Shown piece by piece: positions 63,458-64,000 of a stretch of DNA of 64,000 nt. Within the stretch, counting starts at the first letter, position 1, and every line of letters begins with the position of its first letter. Source of the stretch: Candidatus Shapirobacteria bacterium (GTDB lineage: Bacteria; Patescibacteriota; Microgenomatia; UBA12405); NCBI GenBank assembly GCA_041658125.1, contig JBBAAS010000003.1, forward strand, positions 10,830-74,829, given 5' to 3'. The translations under genes were made by a program, and so were the position numbers. The notes under the pieces are model-generated. The model saw nothing but the letters and a program-made list of their open reading frames with translations. It searched no databases and was not told where the DNA came from.

Positions 63458-64000
63458 TATGACTGATCTATCATTTATCACTGCCTTAGGCCTTTTCACT
63501 TCGGCCCTTATTAAAAAAGGCAAGTCAACCAACACTATTGTAGCCTATAAAGGCGACATCAATCAGCTGGCAAGTTTTTTGGCTTCCCAAGCTCAAATAA
63601 CCACTATTGATCTTGCCAAAACCGTTAATCTTGAGGATTTTAAAAAAGATTTGACAAAAAACGGTTATACCGCCAAATCTGTCTCCCGCAAGCTTAATTC
63701 CATCAAAAACTTCTTTTCTTTCCTTAAAAACGAAAATATCATCGAAATCGACCCGTCCGCCGACATCAAGCATCCCAAATACGAAAACGAAATCCCAAAA
63801 ATTCTCAAGCCTATCGAATACCGTTCTTTGCGCGACGCCTGCCGCAACGACATTCGGGCTACCGCCATTGTCGAACTGATGCTTCAGGCTGGTTTACGTA
63901 TTAAGGAAATTGAAAATCTTAAGACCGACAACGTTCACGACAACGACATTTACGTCGAAGCTAATGAAAGTCATCTTTCCCGTACCGTTCCGCTCAACAA
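63458..64000 (+). CDS. xerC: tyrosine recombinase XerC/XerD-like, N-terminal 181 aa; continues beyond the window
   Basis: Translation MTDLSFITALGLF...GKSTNTIVAYKGDINQLASFL...SIKNFFSFL...RDACRNDIRATAIVELMLQAGLRIKE shows the core-binding domain and the start of the catalytic domain with its Arg-I region. Confidence 0.8.

Overview
This is an AT-rich bacterial chromosome segment. The 16S rRNA ends in the bacterial anti-SD sequence but carries mismatches to universal primers, and many proteins are small and divergent, which is consistent with a Candidate Phyla Radiation (Patescibacteria)-like organism. From the ORF track, all called genes read through in the standard genetic code with TGA as stop.

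Main content:
- Housekeeping genes: partial rpiB, xth, recF, cdd, an unlinked 16S rRNA with its own terminator, smpB with a candidate tmRNA, comFC, an archaeal-type tpiA, rnhA, tsaD, a tsaC-tsaE fusion, valS, rplY, trpS, an FtsB-like gene and a partial xerC/D.
- RNA genes: a tRNA-Tyr of archaeal/eukaryal design and a cluster of three tRNAs (Ile-UAU, Met-CAU, initiator-like CAU).
- A glycan or nucleoside-sugar modification cluster at about 17.6-28.4 kb: PseB/PseC-like enzymes, a formyltransferase, an LmbE-like deacetylase, a GT4 glycosyltransferase, a kinase, a class I aaRS-like protein, an HMGL-like lyase, and Ham1-like and NUDIX proteins.
- A cassette-array-like accessory region at about 28.5-36.6 kb. 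Single genes of mixed orientation (NUDIX, an SDR, Fic and unknowns) are separated by co-oriented GC-rich repeats ending in GTTTTAGAACT.
- A defence island at about 36.6-44.4 kb: a 1061-aa type IIG restriction-modification enzyme co-transcribed with three unknown genes (one AlbA_2/Schlafen-like), plus DinD/Bro-N and a thermonuclease.

The most unusual feature is a second family of GC-rich palindromic repeats. The hairpins are of the form CCCTCCTTTCGTCAAAGGAGGG or TCTCCCTTGC..GGGGTCAAAGGGAGA, with tails of GGGTAGATTTTG or GGGATTT. At least 18 copies are scattered through the window. Several lie in-frame inside conserved genes (tsaD, tsaC-tsaE, valS, a SpoIID-like gene and two unknowns), which resembles Rickettsia palindromic elements.

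No CRISPR array or integrase-linked canonical attC sites were seen. All calls are from reading the sequence by eye, with no database searches.
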